The position numbers were made by a program, and so were the translations under genes. The notes under the pieces are model-generated. The model did not search any database. It saw only the letters and a list, made by a program, of their open reading frames with translations, and was not told where the DNA came from. Of a stretch of 64,000 nt of DNA, positions 54,992-64,000 are shown one piece after another (positions within the stretch are counted from its first letter, which is position 1; every line of letters starts with the position of its first letter). The stretch is from the NCBI GenBank assembly GCA_046160825.1, contig JBJXHC010000037.1, forward strand, positions 4,799 through 68,798, written 5' to 3'. The DNA is from Bacteroidota bacterium. Lineage in GTDB: Bacteria; Bacteroidota; Ignavibacteria; UBA10030; UBA6906.

Positions 54992-56263
54992 GTGAGACGG
55001 GTGATGTGTGTTGTCGGGGCAGTGTTAATGATGTGGAGCAATTCGGCAGCGCAGGACAAAATCCTGATCCCGATGGACTTGCAGCAGTCGGACCATTTGA
55101 AGGCGTATGGTATTGCCTACTGGGTGTTGACGAAGAACGTGGAAATGGACTGGCTTCTGAACTATCGCGGCGGGTCGTTCATGGTGGACTATCAGGATTT
55201 TATTGCCGCCGAGTGCCGTATTCGCGGCGTGGCGTTCACGGCAATTGGTGGCGGCGATGCCTCCGCAATCTATTCCGATGTCCAGCGTGAGGACAATAAC
55301 ATGGATGTTGTACGATTGGAGAAAGCGCCGCGCGTAGCCGTCTATGTGCCGCCGGGTTTCAAACCATGGGACGATGCCGTGACACTCGCTCTGGAGTACG
55401 CCGAAGTGAAGTACGACAAGCTGTGGGATGATGAGGTGATGAACGGGAAACTGATGGAGTACGACTGGCTTCACTTGCATCATGAGGACTTCACCGGACA
55501 GTACGGGAAGTTCTACGCGTCATTTGCAAACGCGGCATGGTACGTTGAGCAGCAGGTAATGTTGGAGAAAAAAGCGAAGGAACTTGGCTTCCGGAAAGTC
55601 TCTGACCTGAAAAAAGCCGTTGCGCGCAACATCAAGGAGTACATTGGCGGTGGCGGGTTCATGTTCTCGATGTGCTCTGCGACCGACACGTATGATATCG
55701 CGCTTGCCGCGGAGAATGTTGACATCTGCGACGTGATGTACGATGCCGATCCCCCCGATGCCAATGCACAAGCAGGACTTGATTTCAGCAAGACCCTCGC
55801 ATTTACCGACTTCACACTCGAGCGGAACCCGCTGCGTTATGAATACTCCGACATCGACCAACCGCCCAGCGACCTGCTCGGGATGCAAAACCCGGACACG
55901 GATTATTTTACACTGTTTGAGTTCTCCGCCAAGTTCGATCCTGTGCCGACCATGCTGACGCAGAACCACGTGAATGTCTTGAAAGCATTCCTCGGTCAAA
56001 CCACCAATTTTAAGAAGAGCACGATCAAGAAAACAGTGACGATTCTGGCGGAGAAGGAGGGCTTGGATCAGGTGCGGTACATGCATGGGAGCTTTGGTCG
56101 CGGGACATTTACTTTCTATGGGGGACATGACCCCGAGGATTACCAGCATGCTGTGGGCGATCCCCCGACCGATTTGTCATTGCACAAGAACTCGCCCGGC
56201 TACAGGCTTATTCTCAACAACATCCTATTTCCCGCAGCAAAGAAAAAACAACAAAAAACCTGA
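54992..56263 (+). CDS. Secreted hypothetical protein (possible class-I glutamine-amidotransferase-like fold)
   Basis: Signal peptide 'MRRVMCVVGAVLMMWSNSAAQ'. Segment 'GGGGFMFSMCSATDT' resembles a GATase1-type nucleophile elbow. No firm family assignment. Confidence 0.5.
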   Translation: MRRVMCVVGAVLMMWSNSAAQDKILIPMDLQQSDHLKAYGIAYWVLTKNVEMDWLLNYRGGSFMVDYQDFIAAECRIRGVAFTAIGGGDASAIYSDVQREDNNMDVVRLEKAPRVAVYVPPGFKPWDDAVTLALEYAEVKYDKLWDDEVMNGKLMEYDWLHLHHEDFTGQYGKFYASFANAAWYVEQQVMLEKKAKELGFRKVSDLKKAVARNIKEYIGGGGFMFSMCSATDTYDIALAAENVDICDVMYDADPPDANAQAGLDFSKTLAFTDFTLERNPLRYEYSDIDQPPSDLLGMQNPDTDYFTLFEFSAKFDPVPTMLTQNHVNVLKAFLGQTTNFKKSTIKKTVTILAEKEGLDQVRYMHGSFGRGTFTFYGGHDPEDYQHAVGDPPTDLSLHKNSPGYRLILNNILFPAAKKKQQKT

Positions 56264-56283
56264 CCATCATCATAGGAGGACGT

Positions 56284-56886
56284 ATGAAACCTGTGCTCAT
56301 CTCTGCATTACTGCTCGTTTCTTCCGGGGCATTTGCCCAGGGACTCAGCCCCGTGAGTTTCGGTATCCACGGCAATGCCGCAACCATCAATGTCGCGGAG
56401 CCGCTCAAAGATGTGTACGGAGCCGGTTTTGGCGGTGGCGCCCATCTCGATATTGATCTCGTGATTCTTAGTCTACGGATTTCGGGGGACTACATAGCTT
56501 TCTCACCGGACGACGCCAAATTCTTGAGTCTCATGAACGCTGCAAACCCGGGCGCAAATTTCACGAGCATTGACGGAGGGAGCTTGAGCATTATTTCCGG
56601 TCACGTGAATGGCAAGCTGCCCATTCTTCCATTACCTGTTGTGACTCCGTACGTCACCGGGGGAATCGGGCTCGCGAGGATTGGCTTCAGTGACGTGGAT
56701 GTTGCGTCGGCATCCGGAAGCGGGACGGCAACATTTGATTCCGAGACAAAGACCGCGGTGAACCTGGGAGCGGGCGTTGATCTGAAACTCGGTGTCTCGC
56801 TCTTCGTCGAAGCCCGTTACACTTGGATATTGACGGAAGGCGAAACGAGCACATATATTCCGGTGACAGTGGGGATTACGTTCTAG
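56284..56886 (+). CDS. Outer-membrane beta-barrel protein (OmpW/OmpA-barrel-like)
   Basis: Signal peptide 'MKPVLISALLLVSSGAFAQ'. Alternating amphipathic strands. C-terminus ends in 'GITF' (aromatic last residue). Confidence 0.6.
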   Translation: MKPVLISALLLVSSGAFAQGLSPVSFGIHGNAATINVAEPLKDVYGAGFGGGAHLDIDLVILSLRISGDYIAFSPDDAKFLSLMNAANPGANFTSIDGGSLSIISGHVNGKLPILPLPVVTPYVTGGIGLARIGFSDVDVASASGSGTATFDSETKTAVNLGAGVDLKLGVSLFVEARYTWILTEGETSTYIPVTVGITF

Positions 56887-57138
56887 CAGGTTACTGAAAA
56901 ACAGAAACATCGTCACACTGAGCGAAGTCGAAGTGTGGAATGTGAAGCACATGAGGTTCGACTCCGCTCACCTGACGCAGAAACTCTTTTTCAGCAACCA
57001 GCTAACAGTGAAGTGGTTGGGAAGAGCAACAACCAATTTCAAGGAACTGGAAACACAACCGCCCGCCAATCATTTTCTACAGGATTAGCGGGCGATGTTA
57101 TTCACAACCTTCGGGATTGGAATCTGTCCCCCAGGATG

Positions 57139-59844
57139 TTACTTCGTCACGATCATCTTCTTTACATCCGAGAAATCTCCTGCCACCAGCTTATAGAAGT
57201 ACAGGCCGCTCGATAGAGCGCTTGCGTCAAACTCCACCGACTTGAAACCCGCCACCTGGATTTCGTTGACGATGGTACTCACTTCCTTGCCGAGTACATC
57301 ATAAACCTTGAGGCTCACGTGTACATCCACCGGCAATCCATAGGATATTCTGGTGACAGGGTTAAACGGGTTGGGATAGTTTGTTGAGAGCGAGAAGACT
57401 TCCGGTATACCGGTTTCGCCCGCGGCCTTCTCCAGAATATCCTGACAGCCAATGGTGACCGTGCTCGATTGCGTGGCCAGGTTGCTACTATTGTCATATG
57501 CGACCACATAGTATCCAATGGTTGACGGACTGCCTGTTTGGATTGTTATGTTGGGGTCTTGATAGCTGGTTACAGTCGGACCAACCGTTGTTCTCAGTGA
57601 GAATGTCGCAATGCCACATTCAGAGCGGTAAATCTTGTATCCCGCAAGGTCCGATTCCGTATTCGCCGTCCATGAGACCGTCGGGTGTTGCCCTGTACTA
57701 CCGCTAATGGCAACACCCACTGTTTTTTCCGGCGCTGGATTTATTTTGTGTATCCCGGCAGCCGTCGCAAAGTAAATCAATGAATCCCTTGTTACATCAC
57801 GGCTCAGATCGGCGAATGGCGTTGTTAAACCCGACGTGCTGATTTCGGTCCAGTTGGAGCCACCGTCAATCGTCTCGAAAACCTTGTTGCCACCATCAGC
57901 AATAACCCACAAGTGATTTGTAGATGACGGATACGACGGATGCATCAGGACTTTGCGTACAGCATCAGACCGGATCCCGGTCCATGATGACCCGCTATTG
58001 GTGGATTTCCACATTCCGTAGCTGCTGTAAACATCGCCACCCGCGTAGACTGTGGAAGGAGAAGCGGTATTCAGAGCAAGGGATTTTATTGTATAACTGT
58101 TACCAAGTGACAGTTGAGACCAGTTGGTACCGGCATTTGTTGTCTTGTAGATTCCCTTACCGGAGACTCCGGCGTACAATATTTGTGATGTAGTCCCACC
58201 TCCAGCTCCCGTGGGATCAATTGCCATGCACAATGCCGGATTGCTCACGCCATCAATCTTGCTCTGGACGGTCCATGTCGAGTAGTTATTCATACTCACC
58301 ATGATATTCGACTCAATGTTTGTCGATCCATTGGATCCCTTCAGCCAACCCAATGCGTAGCGACGGACATTCTCGTTTGGGTCTGCGACCAAAGCGTTAA
58401 TGACGTAGTCGGACGCACTCACATTGGAGCGAAATTTCTCGGCCCAGTTGCTGGAACCGCTTGCGTCATTGTAGAAAGCAACTGCATCGTATGATGACGA
58501 CCCTGATGAAGGTTTCTGTCGCCCTCCAGCAGCAGCCTTTGACGTATTGTATGAATCGAATGTCACAACGGTCGGCTCAAGCGGCATATCAACGTCAGTA
58601 ACCACTGCCCGCCAAGACTGACCACCGCTGGCATATCGCCAAATGCCGCTGAATGTCGGCCCCACCGCAAGAACGGATGCACTTGCCGCAGAAACAGAAG
58701 TTGTGGGAACAATGGTAAGACCGTTGTTCTTATCCTGCCAGTTGATCAGCCCGGCGCTTGATCGAGACCCAAAAAATACCGACGAACTCGAAACAGCAAA
58801 GACATCATTGGCATCCGTCGAATTGACTGCGATACCACGGACATCCATGTCAAACATTCCATCATGAGCGGTGGTGCTATTGTCATGATACCAGTTTGCG
58901 CCGTTATCAAAACTATAGGAAATGCCAAGTTTATTATTGCCCACATAAATCCGGTTACTTGATGAATTTGTGGACATTACAGTGATAAATGTGATGGCCC
59001 CCTCCTCGCGGTCAAATACCTGCGTCCAGGAGCTTCCATCGTTCGTTGACTTCCACAATTCCCCATCGTCGCTCCCATAGTCCGCCGTCCCCACAAAAAT
59101 GGTGGTAGCACCACCACTCACGGTTGAGACTGCAATCGAGGAAAGACTCTTGCCCACCAAATCGCCCGAGGTAACTATTGGACCCCAATCAGCTCCTGCA
59201 TTTTCGGAGTACCATACACCTCTTTTGAGGACCATGGGCGAAGCCTCTCCATAATCGTAGTACATGTCTTCACTTGTTGGAGTAGCTTCAGATGCGGCAT
59301 TCACCGGTACTGCCGACCCGGCAACCCAGACCTTATTCTCGTCCGTAGGGTGCCAAGCGATACCGAGAATGTGTGTCTGGACTTCGTTAAAGAAGTAATA
59401 GTCGGGAGCCCAATTCTCTCCAGCATCATCACTTTTGTACAAGACAGGGTGCAATGAACCCGACTGTGGCCATGCGGTTCCAAGAAAAACATTGTCTGGT
59501 TCTGCAGATGATATGCCGAATCGACGTGGTAGCAGGTTGGAGACCGAAAAGGAGTAGAAAAAAGAACTGCCTCCGTTCGTACTGGTTTTGATGTTGCCAG
59601 CATCTGCAACTTGAACTTCATTCGCATTGCTCGGATTACAAACAACCGCAAATGGGCTACTGAGTGTAGTCCCTGTCGCCGACCAAGTTCCTCCTCCGTC
59701 AGTTGACTTCTTTAAATTAGTGCCATAGTCCGCAAGGTATAGAACTCTTGTCGAACTTACGTACCCCCCTGCAATATCCTTTCCATTGCTCACCCTCCAC
59801 GGACCGTTTAACGAAACCCATGTTTGAGCATTAAGCTGTAGCAT
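57139..59844 (-). CDS. T9SS-targeted BNR/Asp-box repeat protein (multi-propeller, sortilin/GH74-like)
   Basis: At least nine Asp-box motifs (SxDxGxxW/F: STDGGGTW, STNGGSSF, SDDAGENW, SENAGADW, STNDGSSW, SFDNGANW, TNAGTNW, STNSGSSW, TIDGGSNW). C-terminal T9SS sorting domain '...FDASALSSGLYFYKLVAGDFSDVKKMIVTK'. Confidence 0.8.
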   Translation of the reverse strand: MLQLNAQTWVSLNGPWRVSNGKDIAGGYVSSTRVLYLADYGTNLKKSTDGGGTWSATGTTLSSPFAVVCNPSNANEVQVADAGNIKTSTNGGSSFFYSFSVSNLLPRRFGISSAEPDNVFLGTAWPQSGSLHPVLYKSDDAGENWAPDYYFFNEVQTHILGIAWHPTDENKVWVAGSAVPVNAASEATPTSEDMYYDYGEASPMVLKRGVWYSENAGADWGPIVTSGDLVGKSLSSIAVSTVSGGATTIFVGTADYGSDDGELWKSTNDGSSWTQVFDREEGAITFITVMSTNSSSNRIYVGNNKLGISYSFDNGANWYHDNSTTAHDGMFDMDVRGIAVNSTDANDVFAVSSSSVFFGSRSSAGLINWQDKNNGLTIVPTTSVSAASASVLAVGPTFSGIWRYASGGQSWRAVVTDVDMPLEPTVVTFDSYNTSKAAAGGRQKPSSGSSSYDAVAFYNDASGSSNWAEKFRSNVSASDYVINALVADPNENVRRYALGWLKGSNGSTNIESNIMVSMNNYSTWTVQSKIDGVSNPALCMAIDPTGAGGGTTSQILYAGVSGKGIYKTTNAGTNWSQLSLGNSYTIKSLALNTASPSTVYAGGDVYSSYGMWKSTNSGSSWTGIRSDAVRKVLMHPSYPSSTNHLWVIADGGNKVFETIDGGSNWTEISTSGLTTPFADLSRDVTRDSLIYFATAAGIHKINPAPEKTVGVAISGSTGQHPTVSWTANTESDLAGYKIYRSECGIATFSLRTTVGPTVTSYQDPNITIQTGSPSTIGYYVVAYDNSSNLATQSSTVTIGCQDILEKAAGETGIPEVFSLSTNYPNPFNPVTRISYGLPVDVHVSLKVYDVLGKEVSTIVNEIQVAGFKSVEFDASALSSGLYFYKLVAGDFSDVKKMIVTK

Positions 59845-60088
59845 TGCAAGAAGGCAGCGGCACAGAACAGTTTGCGAATCATAGCGTACTCCTATTGTAG
59901 TATTGATGAAGAGGGGATTGTTTGTTACAATAGAAGTGCGAGGACACCGGCGTCACTTAGGTGACGATGGGTGGCGTCCTTCGCACCCGAGGGGCAGCGT
60001 TAACGCGCTGCCTCTCATTGTTTTTTAAACAAGGAGCATTGCCGCAACAACAATCACCTCCTTTCTGGTTTTTCTTCTCATATGAAGT

Positions 60089-61519
60089 TCATCTCAGCAG
60101 AAGAAACTTTCCCAAATGCACTTCTGTACCAGCGGTGATTCGATACATGTAGACCCCAGTTGGAAACTCGGTTGCTTCCCATCGTGTAGAATACTCGCCG
60201 GGACTCCGTTCTCCCACATCAGCAAGACTCTGTAGTTGCCCAAGAATGTTATAGACTTCAACGCGAACCCTTGCGTTCCTTGCGAGTCGGTACTTGATTG
60301 TTGTGCTACCATTAAATGGATTTGGAAATGGTTCGTACACTTTGAACATGTCAGGATAAGTTGAACGTGATCCTCCAACATTCACCAGCGGAAGGGTTCC
60401 AGCTCTCATGAAAACACCTCCGATGTCATTGACTCTTTTTCCCCATCCCACAAAAGCGACTGATGCCGACAAAGCGTTTGACGGATTTCCTCCTGTATCA
60501 GCTACAATACAAAGAGAACTCCAGCTTACCCCTTTGTCGATGGATAACCTGGATTCAACGCCTCCTCCACCAGCCCAAGTGGCCAAGAGATAAACACCAG
60601 AGTTCGTGAGTTTGGAAACATCACCCCATGGCGTTTCTGTAAGGGTTTGTTCATCAAACCATGTTGTGCCATTATCTGTTGAACAACGGAAAAGAACGCT
60701 GCATCCCACAAAACCCGTACAACCATATTTTGTATCAGTCCATGTGATATAGACGTTTTCTTCTGCGGAGGCTGCAATCGACGGTATGCCACCCCCGCGA
60801 TTGTCGCAAGTAGAAAGCATAATCGAATCGCTCCATGTGACGCCCAAATCGGAACTACGACGATACAACTGCTCGAAAGAACACCCCTGAATAAAATAAC
60901 TGTAGGCAAGATGCAGCCAGCCGTTACTGAGTGATACACGGGGGTCATTGGTATAGAATGGAAATTCCGCTTGAGTCCAAGTAATACCCCCATCCGTGCT
61001 TGAGATAATCCAGTCATAATCTATTGGGGCAAGGTAACCGACGATGGCAATCGTATCTCCAAGCACGGCAACATTCTGGATGTAACCATTTTGCGTGGTA
61101 ATCGCTTGTGGTTCAGACCATGTATCACCGCGATCATCTGATGCTAGCATGAAAATTGGACTGTCTCCCGAACCGTCAATACCACCAACAAAGAAAACAG
61201 AGAGTTTTCCGTCGTCGCTAATTATGAATGAGCTACCCACCGGGAACGGAAACTCAGTGGTATCGACGAGTAAATCTCTGACAGATTGCCAAGTGAGTCC
61301 ACCGTCAACTGATCTCCTGTACGGCAGCCAGAATCCCCCACCAGCAAATACGAGATGAATCGTGTCGCCTTGTGCTACCATCCGTGGCTTACTAGCACCG
61401 CCGCCGTCTGGAGAAAGTTGGAGAGATCCTTGCCACGTGATGCCGCAGTCGGTAGTTTGTCCATTTAGCCCAGCCGCAGTTGCCAAGAAAACAATCAGAG
61501 GGACCAACGCTCGTCGCAT
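60089..61519 (-). CDS. T9SS-targeted BNR-repeat sialidase-like beta-propeller protein (copy 1, intact)
   Basis: Signal peptide. Six Asp boxes (SVDGGLTW, SDDRGDTW, STDGGITW, SSDLGVTW, STDNGTTW, SIDKGVSW). T9SS CTD '...GVYMYRITAGTEVHLGKFLLLR'. Confidence 0.8.
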   Translation of the reverse strand: MRRALVPLIVFLATAAGLNGQTTDCGITWQGSLQLSPDGGGASKPRMVAQGDTIHLVFAGGGFWLPYRRSVDGGLTWQSVRDLLVDTTEFPFPVGSSFIISDDGKLSVFFVGGIDGSGDSPIFMLASDDRGDTWSEPQAITTQNGYIQNVAVLGDTIAIVGYLAPIDYDWIISSTDGGITWTQAEFPFYTNDPRVSLSNGWLHLAYSYFIQGCSFEQLYRRSSDLGVTWSDSIMLSTCDNRGGGIPSIAASAEENVYITWTDTKYGCTGFVGCSVLFRCSTDNGTTWFDEQTLTETPWGDVSKLTNSGVYLLATWAGGGGVESRLSIDKGVSWSSLCIVADTGGNPSNALSASVAFVGWGKRVNDIGGVFMRAGTLPLVNVGGSRSTYPDMFKVYEPFPNPFNGSTTIKYRLARNARVRVEVYNILGQLQSLADVGERSPGEYSTRWEATEFPTGVYMYRITAGTEVHLGKFLLLR

Positions 61520-61705
61520 TACAGTTCACCTTTGGTTTGTAATATGTTTATTGCTTCTTCAACACTTGAATTGCCACTCACGCCCGAGGGGCGGTGGTAG
61601 CACACCGCCTCTCATTTTTTTTCGAACCTGCACCATCGCCTCCCGGATTCCCCGCGTCTACAACAGGTTAGTGCCCCCTAATGACCTCCTGCTGAATATT
61701 GAGAA

Positions 61706-63216
61706 TTATCGAAGAAGAAGAATCTTACCAACAGCAATAAGTCCCCGGCTTTCCAGCCGGTAGAAATACACCCCGCTCCCGAAACCGTTTGCATCCCAAG
61801 CCACCTGATGCAAACCTGCACTCTGGAACTCATTGACAACGGCATCAACGGCTTCTCCCAGCACATTAAATATCGACAGTCGCACGTCTGCACCGGTTGA
61901 GAGAGAATATGAAATCGTTGTGGATGAATTGAACGGGTTCGGATACGCATCCAGGAATTGAAATGCTAATGGGCTTTCGTAAGCGGGTTCAGCTACCGAA
62001 ACCGCCAGGCTTCCAACACGTATTACTACATTAAAGGGAACTGCCGTTGTGTCTCTTTGGTCCCAGGCAACAATTACTCCGCTTCTGGCAATACTGTTTC
62101 TTGGGTAGACAGCCCTACCTGTTTGAGGAATCGAAGGCGTGAGATCAACAACCGGACACCAGGAGATTCCGTCATCAGTGGAGATACGCGTTTCAACATG
62201 AAGCAGAATGCTGGCCCTGAACCAAGTCACAAGCACAGTTTCGCCATTGGCAGAAACATCCGATACATTCCCCCAATGATTGTCCGTTAGAATGTGTTCG
62301 TCAAACCAACTCGCACCGTTGTCCGTGCTTTTTCGGAACAGAATCCCACATCCCCCGAATCCTGCACATCCATACTTCGAGTCTGTCCACGTGATGTATA
62401 CCCCCCCTTCCGGTGTTGCTGCAATCGCCGGTGTGCCACCGCCTCTATTGTCACATGTGGATAGCATAACAGAATCGCTCCATGTTTGACCGAGATCGTA
62501 ACTGCGTCGGTATAACTGCTCAATTGAACATCCCTGGATAAAATAGCCATACGCCAAATGAAGCCAGCCATTACTGAGAGCTACCCGTGGATCATTGGTG
62601 TAGAATGGGAGCTCGGTTTGAGTCCAACTAACACCGCCGTCCGTGCTTGAGATAATCCAGTCGTAATCTATTGGGGCAAGGTAACCGACAATAGTTATGG
62701 TGTCTCCCAAAACCCCAATATTTTGGATGTAGCCATTCTGTATTGTAATCGCTTCGGGTTCCGACCAAGTTTCACCGCGGTCATCTGATCTCAACATGAA
62801 GATCGGGCTGTCCCCCCAACAAAAAAAACATAGAGTCGTGAAGTGCTGACGACAGGGAATGCCTGGAGAGCTTCATTTGGGAAGGTAACTGTATCAGTAA
62901 GCACCTCTCTAATCTCACCCCAGTTCATCCCACCATCAGTCGACCTCCTATATGGTAGCCTGAATCCTGCAACCTCAAAGAAGAGATGGACTGTATCTCC
63001 TTGTACGACCATCATTGGCGAATTGGATTGGACATTGTCTGGAGAAAGCTGCATAGGTTGTTGCCACGTGATGCCGCAGTCGGTTTGTGCAAAACAGAAC
63101 GAGGAACAAGTAATAATCAATGAGGTAAGAACAACGAAGCGCATCATAGCACTCTCCTGTGTGAGAGACTTCCTGGCATCAAACTGATCGAGTGTTACTC
63201 TCGACAAACAAAACAC
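61706..63216 (-). pseudogene. Frameshifted tandem paralog of the BNR sialidase-like T9SS gene (copy 2)
   Basis: ORFs 62791-63216 (N-terminus, 'QTDCGITWQQPMQLSPD...') and 61706-62797 (rest, 'MLRSDDRGETWSEP...STDGGVSW...SYDLGQTW...') align collinearly to copy 1, with high nucleotide identity. Relative to copy 1 a ~13-14-nt segment (encoding IDGSG) is missing at ~62800-62830. This shifts the frame and creates a T8/G6 run on the coding strand. Confidence 0.7.
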
Positions 63217-63242
63217 TGAGATGAGATGAGATGAGATGAGAT
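63217..63242. repeat. Pentanucleotide microsatellite (TGAGA)5
   Basis: 'TGAGATGAGATGAGATGAGATGAGAT' immediately 5' of the first in-frame ATG of the copy-2 gene on the minus strand. Confidence 0.8.
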
Positions 63243-63353
63243 AAACCCTTGGTGAACCTCACGGAGCAACATAGGTATTTCTTGCGAACATGTCAACTTA
63301 CGCACCTGCGAATATACTCATCGCAAATCGCTTGCGCAACTGTGGTTTGTACT

Positions 63354-63362
63354 GGGGGGGGG
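63354..63362. repeat. Homopolymeric G9 (C9 on minus) tract in an intergenic region
   Basis: 'ACTGGGGGGGGGACACC' between the copy-2 5' region and the next T9SS gene. Confidence 0.7.
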
Positions 63363-63515
63363 ACACCGTAGTAATACGAGCTTTTTCAAAAACAAAATCG
63401 CCCGTCGCTCCGGTCTTCTCGGAACAACGGGCGGTGTTAATTCATATCCCATTCGGAGAGTGAAAATCGTCTCCCCTCAGAGCAGGCCTTCGGGACCAAG
63501 AACGTCCCTCAGGAT

Positions 63516-64000
63516 TTATTTTACAAGCACCATCTTCCTCATCTCATTGAAATTCCCAGACTCCGATGTGGCTTTGAGTCTATAGAAATAAATACCGCTT
63601 GCGACTGACCGACCGGAATGATCTTTGCCATTCCACACGACATCATAACTCCCGGCATTCATCTTGTCGTTCATCAGTGTGGTAATCTCCTGCCCGATCA
63701 GGTTATAGACACTCAGCGTCACGTTGCTGTTCGCCGGCAAGTTGAAACTGATGGTCGTGCTGGGATTGAACGGGTTCGGATAGTTCTGAGCAAGCTCAAA
63801 TCGCTCAGGGGTACCGGTCTCTCCGCCCACCGACAATACAGCAGATTGCAGCATGGTGAGGTTCACGTCTTCGAGAGTAAAAGTTGTCGGAGAAACCGTC
63901 ACATCGTTTGATGCAGGGTCGTATCCTTCACGATCGGCAACGATTTGAATTGTACCGGTGTTTACGGCGTCAATGGTGTAATTTCCGGCAACATCCGTTA
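63516..64000 (-). CDS. T9SS C-terminal sorting domain protein, 3' portion only (gene runs off the window end)
   Basis: C-terminal 'VTLSVYNLIGQEITTLMNDKMNAGSYDVVWNGKDHSGRSVASGIYFYRLKATSESGNFNEMRKMVLVK' is a canonical T9SS CTD. The reading frame remains open to position 64000. Confidence 0.6.
   Translation of the reverse strand, partial: TDVAGNYTIDAVNTGTIQIVADREGYDPASNDVTVSPTTFTLEDVNLTMLQSAVLSVGGETGTPERFELAQNYPNPFNPSTTISFNLPANSNVTLSVYNLIGQEITTLMNDKMNAGSYDVVWNGKDHSGRSVASGIYFYRLKATSESGNFNEMRKMVLVK

Noticed and set aside
56950-56970. 'GGTTCGACTCC' resembling a tRNA T-arm
   Set aside because: No matching acceptor, D or anticodon arms can be built around it. It is part of a 13-bp hairpin instead.
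63217-63242. Tandem repeat considered as a possible CRISPR or minisatellite array
   Set aside because: Units are 5 nt with no spacers. It is a simple microsatellite, not CRISPR.

Overview
This 64-kb window is a GC-rich (roughly 55-60% by eye) bacterial chromosomal segment with about 50 protein-coding genes on both strands. I did not recognise any rRNA, tRNA or CRISPR array.

Several proteins end in type-IX-secretion C-terminal sorting domains, there are many lipoprotein and signal-peptide starts, M16 peptidases come in pairs, and a yicC-gmk-rpoZ-coaBC block is present. Together these point to an FCB-group organism (Bacteroidota, Ignavibacteriota or Chlorobi-like); that placement is an inference.

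Gene blocks from left to right:
- 257-6312: a five-gene translationally coupled ABC-transporter-dependent glycan assembly operon (TPR-GT9, methyltransferase, wzm, wzt, GT4).
- 6334-7290: a secreted di-heme cytochrome with two planctomycete-type (PSCyt1-like) repeats.
- 7882-10523: TPR proteins, including a DUF1028-TPR fusion.
- 10562-14724: an ABC-2 transporter pair and an MscS channel fused to a cNMP-binding domain.
- 14828-19345: a phenylacetyl-CoA epoxidase cluster (paaA, paaB, paaC, paaD) interrupted by foreign inserts. These are a small Cys ORF, a DUF4160/DUF2442 toxin-antitoxin-like pair and about 590 bp of AT-rich non-coding DNA between paaA and paaB. A DUF559 endonuclease-like domain is also fused in-frame to the 5' end of paaD, flanked by two near-identical hairpin repeats.
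- 20085-26490: an SPFH protein, a phosphodiester glycosidase, an N-terminally truncated ACE-like M2 peptidase, and an M16 peptidase pair.
- 26649-29861: a MoxR ATPase with a BatA-like vWA membrane protein.
- 29899-34463: three consecutive parvulin/SurA-type lipoproteins, the last carrying an OmpA-like domain.
- 34547-43838: housekeeping genes (Cys/Met PLP enzyme, panE, rqcH, yicC, gmk, rpoZ, coaBC, a family-4 UDG, dnaB).
- 43822-50081: a Tat-exported DUF1460 protein, a TPR-CHAT lipoprotein whose catalytic Cys looks absent, and an ECF sigma factor with a downstream DUF4097-like protein. The ECF sigma gene and the next TPR gene are separated by a divergent, highly symmetric promoter-like region.
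- 50362-56886: a TPR protein, a second M16 pair, a secreted hypothetical and an outer-membrane beta-barrel protein.
- 57139-64000: a cluster of T9SS BNR/Asp-box proteins. Two are a recent tandem duplicate; the second copy is broken by a 13-14-nt deletion and sits next to a (TGAGA)5 microsatellite and a G9 tract.

The most unusual features are the decorated paa operon with the hairpin-flanked DUF559::paaD fusion, the truncated ACE-like gene, and the duplicated, frameshifted sialidase-like gene with flanking simple-sequence tracts.
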